A stretch of 39,142 nucleotides of DNA from a virus (IMGVR_UViG_3300009502_000110:1-39142); one strand, 5' to 3'. Counted from the first letter of the stretch, positions 18,156 to 27,331 are shown. Made by a program: numbers and translations. Notes: a model not told the origin generated them from the sequence alone.

Positions 18156-20150
18156 ATGGATTTAAAAAAAGCAGTCATCGATCGATTTGACCAATATCGC
18201 AAAAAACCAACTGCCAACTATGGTTTTGTTGGCATCTTGACGACTGGGGTGATTTCTGTGCCTGGTAAGTCCAATATGATCTATGTCACCCTGGTGAGCG
18301 GAAAGATCATGCAGGTGCTGAATAATAGAGTCCCCAACGTCTTCCAGCAGCCCGTCATTGTTGGGCGGGACGATATGCTACCTTATTTGGACCAGGTGCT
18401 CAGCGTCTGGGATGTTTACGGCGGCAGGGGCAGCACCACGCCCGCATTGGCCTCCAGCACAGTCATACCGTATGACACAATGACCTGGCCTGGGATCAAC
18501 ACAATCTACATCATGGCCGAACAGTTCCTGACCGGGCTGGTTTTCCCGAAAACTGGCATGACGATAGAGATTTATCCGGGCACATATCGCATCGCCGGTG
18601 GCTGGAAACAATTTACGCAGAAGTCAGATATAAATATGACCAGCCATCTGCCATCCACCGCAGGATATGCCAGGTATGCATTAATCGTGGTTGACTCTAC
18701 CGGCGCGTATGCGGTACGAGATGGCGCAGATGTGAGCGCTGGCTATGCTGTCATGGCAGTGTCCGATATCCCGGCGCCTAACACCGGAGATCATTGTCTG
18801 TACGCAGTCAAACTCTTTCACGGACAGACCGTATTAAGAAAAGCAGAGAAGGTCAATGATTTTGTTGATTTGCGCTTTTCTGGAGCAGACGCAGGTGGAG
18901 GTTCCTCCGGGGAAACCGCCTCCTCGCTGGGCGCCGTGATTGCTGGGACAACCGCAAAGGTCACTCCAATCGATGCCGATAATTTTGGGATTGTTGATAG
19001 CGCAGCATCTAATATTCTCAAGAAAATAACCTGGTCAAGTCTTAAGTCTGCGTTGAAAGCATATTTCGATACAATCTACGCTGGACTGGTTCACTACCAT
19101 TCTGGTGGCGATCTCACTAGTGGAACGGTTGATGGGGATAGATTACCGAACATTTCTGCGACTAAACGGGGCGGAGTCCCCGCAACTGGGACTCCCTCGG
19201 GAAAGTTTCTGAAAGATGATGATACCTGGTCAACTCCTGCCGGAGGTGGCAGTAGTGGCGGAAGTTCTCTTACTGGAATACTTGTAGACTGTACATCGCA
19301 AATAGGAAGCACAGCCCACTTTACCATTACAACCGCGAGTAGTTCGATTGCCGTTATGGTGGATGGTGTTACTCAAAGTCCAAGCGATGTGACACTCGAC
19401 TCTGATGGTCTTGGATTTACCCTTGCGTTTACGCCAGCAACATCAGACACAAATAGTCTGCTGGCACTGTGTATGACCCCCGGTAGTGGTGGTAGTGGTG
19501 GTGGTGGAGGCGGCAGTTCTCTGCCAACATGGATAACGAATCATCCTGATAATCCCCCATCTTCGCCAAACTCAATGGATGATGAATTCAGTGGAACAAC
19601 ACTCAACTCCAAATGGTCACAGCAAGGTGGGGGAACATATACCTGGACTGTTTCTGGCGGTAGTGTCAGATTTCAACAGGCAGCCGCTCCAAGTGAACGG
19701 TTAAAGGGATTGGAGCAAGTTATATCTGGAAGTGCCTGGAAATTTAGAACACGGGCTTCCTTAAATAGCGGCGGCTCTAATTACATGGGTGTTGGACTTT
19801 ACGTGAGAGATTCCGTGAGTGGTAAAGTCTGTTGGTTTGGCATGATCCACCATAGTGCCCACGGATATTTTGCCCCTTTAGTTTTGTTGTGTTCCAATAT
19901 GGAAACATATATCGGAGAGGTAGATACCGATGCCTGGTATATGTCAAACAGATGGTATATGGAATTAGAGTACGATGGTACGAACTTTATTTTTAGACAT
20001 AGCGCTGATGGGATAAATTACTTCACGATCTTTGCATATCCTCAATCAGCTTATTTAGCAACAACGCCAAATCAAGTTGGAATTGCAGTACATCGCTGGA
20101 ATCCTTTGGGAATGGATGCGTCCTATGACTGGTTCAGGAGAATTTCGTAA
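18156..20150 (+). CDS. Tail fibre/receptor-binding protein 1 with C-terminal ConA-like domain
   Basis: Gly-rich linkers, GKFLKDDDTW fibre repeat, DDEFSGTTLNSKW...DWFRRIS lectin-like domain. Start at ATG 18156 directly after the upstream stop. Confidence 0.8.
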   Translation: MDLKKAVIDRFDQYRKKPTANYGFVGILTTGVISVPGKSNMIYVTLVSGKIMQVLNNRVPNVFQQPVIVGRDDMLPYLDQVLSVWDVYGGRGSTTPALASSTVIPYDTMTWPGINTIYIMAEQFLTGLVFPKTGMTIEIYPGTYRIAGGWKQFTQKSDINMTSHLPSTAGYARYALIVVDSTGAYAVRDGADVSAGYAVMAVSDIPAPNTGDHCLYAVKLFHGQTVLRKAEKVNDFVDLRFSGADAGGGSSGETASSLGAVIAGTTAKVTPIDADNFGIVDSAASNILKKITWSSLKSALKAYFDTIYAGLVHYHSGGDLTSGTVDGDRLPNISATKRGGVPATGTPSGKFLKDDDTWSTPAGGGSSGGSSLTGILVDCTSQIGSTAHFTITTASSSIAVMVDGVTQSPSDVTLDSDGLGFTLAFTPATSDTNSLLALCMTPGSGGSGGGGGGSSLPTWITNHPDNPPSSPNSMDDEFSGTTLNSKWSQQGGGTYTWTVSGGSVRFQQAAAPSERLKGLEQVISGSAWKFRTRASLNSGGSNYMGVGLYVRDSVSGKVCWFGMIHHSAHGYFAPLVLLCSNMETYIGEVDTDAWYMSNRWYMELEYDGTNFIFRHSADGINYFTIFAYPQSAYLATTPNQVGIAVHRWNPLGMDASYDWFRRIS

Positions 20151-21025
20151 TGGGCCGACAAAAGATAACAAATTTAGATGTTGATCTAACTGCCCCCACT
20201 CGCATTATTTTATCGTCTGCTGAAAAAACTACACCACACGATAGTGATTTTATGGGAATAACAGAAGGCGGTTTTGGTAGTCTTTCCTCATCTCTTCTGC
20301 TGAAAAAGATAAGTTGGCCTTCCATTAAGACATCTTTGAAAGCATACTTTGATACTCTATATGCCACTATTGGTAGTGGTGGTGGTGGTGGTTCTCTGCC
20401 CGCGTGGATTACTGATAACCCTGACAATCCACCTACTTCACCAGATTCGATGGATGATGAATTTGAAGGAAGTTCGCTGGATTCTAAATGGACTACTCAG
20501 AATATGCAGACTGCAGTCCATACTGTTGCGCACGGACTTATCAATATAGCCTCGCCAAGTACAGGTACATCTCATCGTGCTATTGGTGTTATAGAGCAGC
20601 CCTTACCCTCTGGAACATGGAAATTCCGATGTAAGGTTTTCCGTAACTATCCCTACCTAAACTACCCGACGTTTTGTTTTGGAGTTCGGGATGGAGATAC
20701 AAATAAAACTCGTTATTTAGGCTGGATAGATCACAATACTAATGGCGTAATCATAGATTTCTTTTCACCAGCCGGGTGGGATGGATATTCAGGCGAAAAC
20801 GCAAAAGGTATGAATATTTATACTCGTGAGGCATATTTCGAGATTGAGCATACCGCCGATAACGTAATCCATTACAGAACATCAAGCGATGGCTGGAATT
20901 ATGTGGAACTATACAGTGTTACTGACGCAAGTTACACGACCAATCCACAGTTTATCGGTATCGGAGTTTACGCCTATACAGCGGTTGTGAGTATCTCACT
21001 GGACTGGTTCAGGAGAATAAGTTAA
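20150..21025 (+). CDS. Receptor-binding protein 2, paralogous to the C-terminal parts of fibre 1
   Basis: Shares KKIxWxSxKxxLKAYFDT, GGGGSLPxWITxxPDNPP..SMDDEF and DWFRRIS with 18156-20150. Confidence 0.8.
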   Translation: MGRQKITNLDVDLTAPTRIILSSAEKTTPHDSDFMGITEGGFGSLSSSLLLKKISWPSIKTSLKAYFDTLYATIGSGGGGGSLPAWITDNPDNPPTSPDSMDDEFEGSSLDSKWTTQNMQTAVHTVAHGLINIASPSTGTSHRAIGVIEQPLPSGTWKFRCKVFRNYPYLNYPTFCFGVRDGDTNKTRYLGWIDHNTNGVIIDFFSPAGWDGYSGENAKGMNIYTREAYFEIEHTADNVIHYRTSSDGWNYVELYSVTDASYTTNPQFIGIGVYAYTAVVSISLDWFRRIS

Positions 21026-21043
21026 TGACTCGATTGAAAAAAC

Positions 21044-21106
21044 CACGCCACGCAAAAAGAAGAAGGATCAGCTTATGGCTGATCCTTCTTCTTTTTGCGT
21101 GGCGTG
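21044..21106. terminator. Perfect 29-bp inverted repeat between convergent tail and integrase units
   Basis: CACGCCACGCAAAAAGAAGAAGGATCAGC-TTATG-GCTGATCCTTCTTCTTTTTGCGTGGCGTG; the integrase stop codon lies in the loop. Confidence 0.7.
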
Positions 21107-22707
21107 CCTGTTTTATACCAAACATCAAACGTAATGCTGTGTATAAATCTAGGTGCCCCAGGTGGGGTCAAGGCTATAGACACAGCAGGCGGATCATGGC
21201 TGGGGGAATAGTAGTAGACAACACCTCGAATACGTTTATCTTTGTTTTCAACTTTGATCCGTTGAATAATTCCATGCAATACGGCATGTTGTTCCTCCAA
21301 GGAACCGCTGTCGAATAAATTGATAATGGCTTCAGCGCGCCTGGCCAGTGCGGATCTGTCCAGGTTGACCACCGGCGCTGGTCGTTCGAGCTGCGCGATC
21401 TGACTGAGCAGACTGGTTTGTTCAGATTCCAACTCATCCAGCTGGGCCAGCAGCGTGGGCGAATGTTTGCGTTCTTTCAAAACGGAGCTGATATTGTTCA
21501 AGGCGCGCCTGCATTTCACCAGGCGTTTCCTGAGCAATACACGCTGTTTATCTGTTTCAGCCTGTTTACCCTGGTAGTTTTCCATATCCAACTTTTGGCG
21601 CTCCAGGGCTACATCCGGATCCAAGATGTAATCCTTTACCGATTTGATAATGGTTTCTTCAAGGAGCTGCTTTGGGATGCGGCGCGAGCTGCAGGCATGT
21701 TTGCGAACATTGGCGCATTGGTAAGTATCGGTGGCGCGCTGGCCGCGAAATGTGGAGGTGTTGCCATTGACGACACCATCGCACTGCGTACAGCGCAGCA
21801 GGCCAGAGAGCAAATACCTGGATGCCACCCGGCGCGGATGGTCCAGCTCACTTGTCATATGTGAGTGAGTTTTGAAGGTTTGCTGTTTGTCCTGGACGAG
21901 CTGCCACAGATCCAACGGCACGACCGGCTGACAATAATTGTCGATCACCAGGTCACCGAACTCCATGATGCCGATGTAGAGTTTGTTGGACCACATGGTG
22001 ACAAAGGAATTGATGGAACTATACAGACGGGTTTCCGCGCGGATGGTTGACAACGTTGCCCCTTCAGCGCGCATCTGGAAGGCTTTTAGCACCAGGGGCG
22101 CCGTGTCTGGATCAGGGCTCCAACGATGGGCGATGTGTGGTGTGCCGTCCCGCCTCTTGCCAAGTGTGACCGCCACGCGCTTGAAGCCGCGGGGCGGTGT
22201 GCCTGGTATGCAGCCGTGGGTCATGACCAGATCGCGCTGGCCGCGCTGGATGTCAATAGAGAGATCCACCAGGTATTGATAATTTTTGTAGTCAATCACC
22301 GCTTCCACGATGCGCCCGATCGGGCCGTCTGGCACGTCATCTGTCAGGCTGTGGAAGGTATAACCCAGCGTGCGTATCTCCGAGCGGTAAAGCGTTGGTT
22401 CATCCAGGCCGCGGCTGAAACGGCTGTAAGACCAGACCACCACTCCCTTTTCGGGTGCTCCATGCCTCAGAGCGAACATGAGCTGCTGGAGTTGCTCGCG
22501 GCCTGCCACGCTGGAGCCACGCCGGGCTTCATCCACAAAGAAGCGCGTGATGACCAGGCTGTGCAGATTGGCCCATTCTTCCAGGGCGCGCTGTTGTTGA
22601 GCAATGGAAAGTTCCTGGGTCTCATGACCCGAATCGCGCAAATATGCCAGGATGGTTGATCCTGGCATAAGTTCGAGGGGCGGTGGATTTAGCTTGAAGG
22701 GGGTCAT
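21073..22707 (-). CDS. Large serine recombinase (phage integrase)
   Basis: Catalytic YLRDS, SRFSR, recombinase domain (N.LYIG), zinc ribbon LLSGLLRCTQC...YQC...C, coiled coil. Confidence 0.95.
   Translation of the reverse strand: MTPFKLNPPPLELMPGSTILAYLRDSGHETQELSIAQQQRALEEWANLHSLVITRFFVDEARRGSSVAGREQLQQLMFALRHGAPEKGVVVWSYSRFSRGLDEPTLYRSEIRTLGYTFHSLTDDVPDGPIGRIVEAVIDYKNYQYLVDLSIDIQRGQRDLVMTHGCIPGTPPRGFKRVAVTLGKRRDGTPHIAHRWSPDPDTAPLVLKAFQMRAEGATLSTIRAETRLYSSINSFVTMWSNKLYIGIMEFGDLVIDNYCQPVVPLDLWQLVQDKQQTFKTHSHMTSELDHPRRVASRYLLSGLLRCTQCDGVVNGNTSTFRGQRATDTYQCANVRKHACSSRRIPKQLLEETIIKSVKDYILDPDVALERQKLDMENYQGKQAETDKQRVLLRKRLVKCRRALNNISSVLKERKHSPTLLAQLDELESEQTSLLSQIAQLERPAPVVNLDRSALARRAEAIINLFDSGSLEEQHAVLHGIIQRIKVENKDKRIRGVVYYYSPSHDPPAVSIALTPPGAPRFIHSITFDVWYKTGTPRKKKKDQP
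21135..21187. other. Candidate attP inside the integrase 3' end
   Basis: Imperfect inverted repeat TGCTGTGT...CCCCA-GG-TGGGG...ACACAGCA; the minus strand reads CCCAC-CTGGGGC-A-CC, like a tRNA 3' end. Confidence 0.5.
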
Positions 22708-22716
22708 ACCGAATTT

Positions 22717-23073
22717 CTATTTTTGTTCAGGAAAAATAATCGGCACGGAAAAGCGAACACGATTCGAAGTAAAGTCGCCTGATTCGTTATGACTGACACC
22801 GCCAGCTTCCACTAACCTTGGAAAAAATACCTGAACACCGGCTTTTGTGTGAATGTTGTCGGAGGTTGTCACGAGGATATCAAACTCAATATTATGCAAA
22901 GTTGTAATAATTTGTTGTGTATTACCAATATGTTTAAACTGAGAGTCGTCGCCAGAATTTACGATTGCGCCATTTTTGGAAGCGTAATCCTGTGCCTGTT
23001 TTACCCCGGCAATGATTTGAATAAGTGTATCTGCAATGAAATCTTTCACATCCATAAGATTGTTATTTTCCAT
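22717..23073 (-). CDS. Hypothetical accessory protein (Trypco2-like pattern)
   Basis: DFIxxTLxQIxxGV...IEFDIxV...RVRFSVP pattern; AT-rich block. Confidence 0.6.
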   Translation of the reverse strand: MENNNLMDVKDFIADTLIQIIAGVKQAQDYASKNGAIVNSGDDSQFKHIGNTQQIITTLHNIEFDILVTTSDNIHTKAGVQVFFPRLVEAGGVSHNESGDFTSNRVRFSVPIIFPEQK

Positions 23074-23100
23074 TATTGTTCAACTTGTTCGAGCAACTCA

Positions 23101-24587
23101 TCACAAAATATAATCTTCTGGAAAAATAATTCGGGCTTTTACACCTTGTTGGTCTAGCAGATAAAGTAACCCACTACCATCAATCAATTCAATAGGTTTA
23201 TCTTTGGCGAAATCATAAGAATCAGCACCATAATGACTAGTGGATACCAGCACACCTTTCCCCGCTCCCTCGTTTATCATCGTTCCGTACAGATCACGTA
23301 CCGCTGAAACAGGAACAACGTTTTTATAACGTTTTGCCTGGATAATTACTTTTCCACCGAGAATTGGTCTTGGGTCAAATGCAATAGCATCAACCCCACC
23401 ATCCTTTGAAGAGCGGGTTAGTTTGGCCTGAAATCCCATCTGACCAAATAAGTTACTCACAAGATTTTCAAATTCAAATGGATTGAGATCCATAAGGTTA
23501 GGGCGGCTTTCTAAATCTGAAAGATTTTACTTTCTTCGACAAATCTTTTATCAACCATATTGAAATCTACTACAGGTTTTATTGGTTGCATTTCACTTGG
23601 TTGAGGAGAAACTTGAGCACCCAAGTTCCGAAGGCAAGCACGTTTATCAATCTTGTTTAGATTAATTTCAGTGAATTTTTCTCTTGAAGTTCTGATTGAA
23701 ATTAAATAAGGGCGAATATCTTTGCCGGTAGCTGGATCGATTGTGTGAACAAAACCATTAAACGCAACCATTTGAATTATATTTTTCTGATCCGTTTCAA
23801 ATGTTTCGGCAATTGATCGAAGACAAATTGATGAAATCACCTCAGAATAAATCTCTGAAATTTCAGTTTTTTTGCGTGGTTTTTCTTCGATCGCATCTTT
23901 TGTTTTCACATAACGATATTCCCCAATTATAGGAACAATATCTTTATTGGGCAATTCATAATCAATCACCAATTCTTTTGATTTTTGCAAATATACAGCG
24001 CGAAATTTATGAGGGAATTCCTGTGGGTATTGCGATGCATTAAGAGTTTCTTTAATTAAAAAACATACAGCATCTGGATTTCCCGTATTGTAGTCAGCTA
24101 TAAAATTATTAATATCTTCGTTACGCTTTTTTACTTCAGTTTCAAATTCCTGCTTCTCTTTCTCGTATTTTTCATGAAATGGCGCGAGTTTAATTTCACG
24201 ATCTTTCATAAACTTCGCATATTTGATTTCGTATTCTTCAAATCTCGTATGAGCATTTTGTAATTTTTTTTGATACCGTATTTGCCAACCTGGAAGTAAT
24301 TTATCCAGCATGTCGGGTTCGCTAACTTCATTTGTAAAGTCTCCAAGATTGGGTAGCGGGGGAACTTTTTGTAAAACAAGTGGTGTTTCAAAATCCTTAA
24401 ATATATTTGAGGGCCGCATTTTTTCAAAAGTAACTGTGCTTATAGGGAGTTTACAATTAAGAATACTTTTTAAAACAGAAATTTCTAAGGATAATTTTTG
24501 GTTGCCCAAATTCGCCATTTCTGTTCTTAATGTAAGATATGTTTCTTTTAGATTTTTTATCTGAGAAGAAGTTTTGTGTAACGTCAT
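23101..24587 (-). pseudogene. mrr: Mrr-family restriction endonuclease gene split by a 1-nt frameshift
   Basis: 23101-23493 has Mrr catalytic motifs (FExLV, DGGVD, IQAKRY). 23511-24587 is the long N-terminal part. A -1 shift near 23525 gives a continuous ...FVEESKI-LSDLESRPNL-MDLNPFEFE. Confidence 0.8.
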
Positions 24588-24642
24588 GCAATCTCATCTC
24601 CCAAACTCTATTTTTATTTGCTCACCTTTGCTGGTGTTTTTT

Positions 24643-24864
24643 TTATCTCTTACTCAAAATGTAACTTATGACCGGTATGGACACTGGTATTACAAACCCA
24701 CCGGCCAGGGTGCCATACAACGCCAGCATGCGCGGATTTTCGCGCACAGTTAAAACAACGTGGCGCAACTCAATACGACTTTTTTGCACCACGATCAAAT
24801 AGCGTAAAAAGAGTTTGTAAACCGCAAAATCTACTGAATTAAGAGGGGGCGTCATGCAATCCAT
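24643..24864 (-). CDS. Small membrane protein downstream of the repressor
   Basis: Overlaps the repressor 3' end; C-terminal hydrophobic LALYGTLAGGFVIPVSIPVISYIL. Confidence 0.45.
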   Translation of the reverse strand: MDCMTPPLNSVDFAVYKLFLRYLIVVQKSRIELRHVVLTVRENPRMLALYGTLAGGFVIPVSIPVISYILSKR

Positions 24865-25276
24865 TCCCCGAAAGTGTATGCCCGTTATTTTTACGCCTGG
24901 CTTGCTTTTGTTTCAATAAAGCCAGTTGTTCATGCGCGTCCTGGCGCAGATCTGGGTCAGTGATCTCTGACATCAGCGCGGCGATTTCTTCGGCTTCAGT
25001 TTCGGTGAGTGTCACATTGGGCAGCAGCCCGGCTTTTCTATAAACCGTCACCAGGGGAATATCGGTGGCCGCTGAAATTGCCTTACACATATCAATTCCA
25101 ACAGATTTTGTTTTAAAAGAAAAAAACATACTTACAGCAGCGGGCTTAACGAAACCAGTGCGAGCAATATCCGCATTGGTAATGTCTTTTGCGTTCATTG
25201 CTGTCTGTACCCAGTTTATGAAATCAAACAAATCGTTAACCATATTGAACATTATCCATCTTTGAGTAATCAACAT
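24839..25276 (-). CDS. CI-like XRE-family HTH repressor
   Basis: ITNADIARTGFVKPAAVSMFF HTH and AISAA...VYRKAGLLP motif; divergent from the early operon; GAGGT before ATG 25276 (start uncertain). Confidence 0.8.
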   Translation of the reverse strand: MLITQRWIMFNMVNDLFDFINWVQTAMNAKDITNADIARTGFVKPAAVSMFFSFKTKSVGIDMCKAISAATDIPLVTVYRKAGLLPNVTLTETEAEEIAALMSEITDPDLRQDAHEQLALLKQKQARRKNNGHTLSGNGLHDAPS

Positions 25277-25287
25277 GTTTACCTCTT

Positions 25288-25357
25288 TATTCAATCTATT
25301 GACAATTATTTATAATTAGTTATAATATTCAATACGTTGACTATTTTATTCAATACG
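25288..25357 (+). promoter_or_regulatory. Rightward early promoter with overlapping operators
   Basis: TTGACA (25299-25304)-N16-TATAAT (25321-25326); three TATTCAAT boxes, two of them in TCAA-N4-TTGA palindromes. Confidence 0.8.
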
Positions 25358-25387
25358 GCAAAGATTCTTTCAAAAAGGAGCAATGCA

Positions 25388-25714
25388 ATGGCAGAAGAAA
25401 AGAAACCAATCGAGGTGCGCAATGGTAGGAAGTTCATCATCGAGGCGATTATTGAAGAGGGTGAAAAGGAAGGTTATTTTTTTATCCGGCTGGGGTCACA
25501 CCCCATAAAAACCCAGGCGATTGAGTTCAATGGAACTCGATTGGAAGTAAAGAAGGAAATTGATTTTGACAAGCTGGTGCGCCTGGCGGATGGCTATTAC
25601 GTGAAATTGGCAGACAACTCTTTAATTCAGACGATTGAATATCGGCGCACCCATGCCGAAGGCGGAAATATGCTCAATGAAAACATCGGCGGCGGAGATG
25701 GCGAGCCGGGTTGA
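25388..25714 (+). CDS. Hypothetical first early gene
   Basis: AAGGAG RBS 7 nt before ATG 25388, directly after the consensus promoter. Confidence 0.6.
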   Translation: MAEEKKPIEVRNGRKFIIEAIIEEGEKEGYFFIRLGSHPIKTQAIEFNGTRLEVKKEIDFDKLVRLADGYYVKLADNSLIQTIEYRRTHAEGGNMLNENIGGGDGEPG

Positions 25715-25861
25715 GCCAGTGTAGTAAATGGCGTTGTGCAAGAGAATGATGCCTTCATGCGGTATTTCAAGTTTTTCACCGCTGATCAAACCACCAGGAA
25801 CAACAACCCAAATCGCTTTACCAAGATTGTCTTGCAAGTTTTTCAAAAGTATTTCGTACAT
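25622..25861 (-). CDS. Small hypothetical protein, convergent with the early operon
   Basis: Strong AGGAGG RBS on the minus strand; globular-looking 79 aa. Confidence 0.6.
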   Translation of the reverse strand: MYEILLKNLQDNLGKAIWVVVPGGLISGEKLEIPHEGIILLHNAIYYTGSTRLAISAADVFIEHISAFGMGAPIFNRLN

Positions 25862-25926
25862 GGGATTTCCTCCTGTGAATGAATAGAAAAGTAACTAATT
25901 GTAATTGTTTTCAAAGGAGTCAACGA

Positions 25927-26118
25927 ATGACATACAAAACCATTCCGGTCGATGAAGAAACACATAAGCGTATTCAGGCGCTGTGTGAGGCTTATGAAAT
26001 GGGTCTGCGCGGCCAGGGTGCGCTGGTGCGCAAGCTGGTGAATGCCGAGTATGAAAAGCTGGCTGCCGTCAAATTGCTGCCAGGTGATGCCCGCCCAAGT
26101 CAACCGCTTGAGGCGTAA
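25927..26118 (+). CDS. Ribbon-helix-helix (Arc/CopG-like) regulator
   Basis: MTYKTIPVDEETHKRIQALC...GALVRKLV fits the RHH pattern; AAGGAG RBS. Confidence 0.7.
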   Translation: MTYKTIPVDEETHKRIQALCEAYEMGLRGQGALVRKLVNAEYEKLAAVKLLPGDARPSQPLEA

Positions 26119-26340
26119 GTGCGCGATCCGCTGCCGGTGGACCTGACCGTTCTATTTGTGCCCCTGTCGCCTGAACAGCGACCGGCCTGGGTGCGCGCAA
26201 TGCGCATCATCCACAAATACGAGGAACTGGCGGCGGTGAACGAGCTGAAGTTAGCACAAGAACAGAGTAGCACCCAACTACAGATCGTGGTTGATCAAAC
26301 TGGAACTCCAATGGAAGGAGAGAACGCATGGAACTTATAG
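26119..26340 (+). CDS. Hypothetical protein
   Basis: Packed between neighbours; GAGG upstream of GTG. Confidence 0.5.
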   Translation: MRDPLPVDLTVLFVPLSPEQRPAWVRAMRIIHKYEELAAVNELKLAQEQSSTQLQIVVDQTGTPMEGENAWNL

Positions 26341-27227
26341 AAAATTACCAAACTCATTTGAGGGAGCACGGCCGGGCTGAGCGCACGGTTGAGGCGTACT
26401 TGCGTGACATGGAACGCTTCATCACCTGGAGCGAGTCTGAGTACGGGCAGCCCTTTACCCTGGCGATGTTCAACCGGCCGGATCTGCGCGATTATCAGGC
26501 TTATTGCCGAGCAGAGCTCAAACTGAAATCAGCTACCTGGAACCGTTCGGTGGCCAGCCTGTCCGTTTTCGCTGCCTGGCTGCGCGCCACCGGCGAGCTG
26601 GACTATGACCCCACCGATACCCTGACTCGCGCGGATGCCCAGAAGTTGGCGCCCAAATCCCTGACCAAACCTGAATACAAGAAGCTGCGCCTGGCAGTCA
26701 GTGAGCAGATCCGCAATGCGCGATCCATCACCGGCCACCAATGGGCCATTCGGGATGCCGCCATCGTGGCCTGCTTATGGCAGGCTGGTATGCGCGAGGG
26801 TGAGGTTGTGCGCCTGCGCCTGGCAGATCTCCAACTGGGAGAGCGCAGCGGCAAGATCGAAGTGGTCAATGCCAAGGGTAACAAGGACCGCACCATCCCC
26901 CTCGGATATGAAGCCGCCCGGGCCTTGCGCGCCTGGCTGGATGTGCGACCTGCAACACAGTTTGGCAATGTATTTATTGGCAAGTTTGGTGAAGCTCTTC
27001 AAGAGCGCGGCATCCAGAAGCTTGTGGCAGCGCTCAGTGAGCAGGCTGGTATTGGGCATATCAGCCCGCATCAGCTCAGGCACACGGCCGGGCGCATGCT
27101 GGTTGTCAATGGCTCCAGCCTGGCAGATGTGGCTGCATTTTTGGGACATTCAAGCATCGAAGTGACACGGCGCTACACCCTGCCGCACTACGATGATCTG
27201 GCACGCATGGCGGAGGGGTTGGGATGA
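26328..27227 (+). CDS. XerC/D-like tyrosine recombinase
   Basis: N-terminal SAM-like domain (RTVEAY..D); all catalytic residues present: GMREGE, KGNK, HQLRH, LGH, RRY. Confidence 0.93.
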   Translation: MELIENYQTHLREHGRAERTVEAYLRDMERFITWSESEYGQPFTLAMFNRPDLRDYQAYCRAELKLKSATWNRSVASLSVFAAWLRATGELDYDPTDTLTRADAQKLAPKSLTKPEYKKLRLAVSEQIRNARSITGHQWAIRDAAIVACLWQAGMREGEVVRLRLADLQLGERSGKIEVVNAKGNKDRTIPLGYEAARALRAWLDVRPATQFGNVFIGKFGEALQERGIQKLVAALSEQAGIGHISPHQLRHTAGRMLVVNGSSLADVAAFLGHSSIEVTRRYTLPHYDDLARMAEGLG

Positions 27228-27331
27228 TTGAATTCTTTTTGACACTCAGAGACATCTTTGTTGACCTTCTGACCGGCGGGCGCTGGTCAGAGCTGCAGGG
27301 CGAGATCCGTGACATCAAGGATCTGAAATGA
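27224..27331 (+). CDS. 35-aa mini-protein
   Basis: ATGA overlaps at both ends; GGAGG RBS; MIEFFLTLRDIFVDLLTGGRWSELQGEIRDIKDLK. Confidence 0.5.
   Translation: MIEFFLTLRDIFVDLLTGGRWSELQGEIRDIKDLK

Noticed and set aside
18156-21025. Possible diversity-generating retroelement acting on the duplicated fibre tips
   Set aside because: No reverse transcriptase in the window, and the paralogues differ throughout rather than only at adenines of a TR/VR pair.
21025-21318. 97-aa plus-strand ORF with a signal-peptide-like start
   Set aside because: Its basic-then-hydrophobic look comes from reading through the 29-bp hairpin, and most of it overlaps the integrase antisense.
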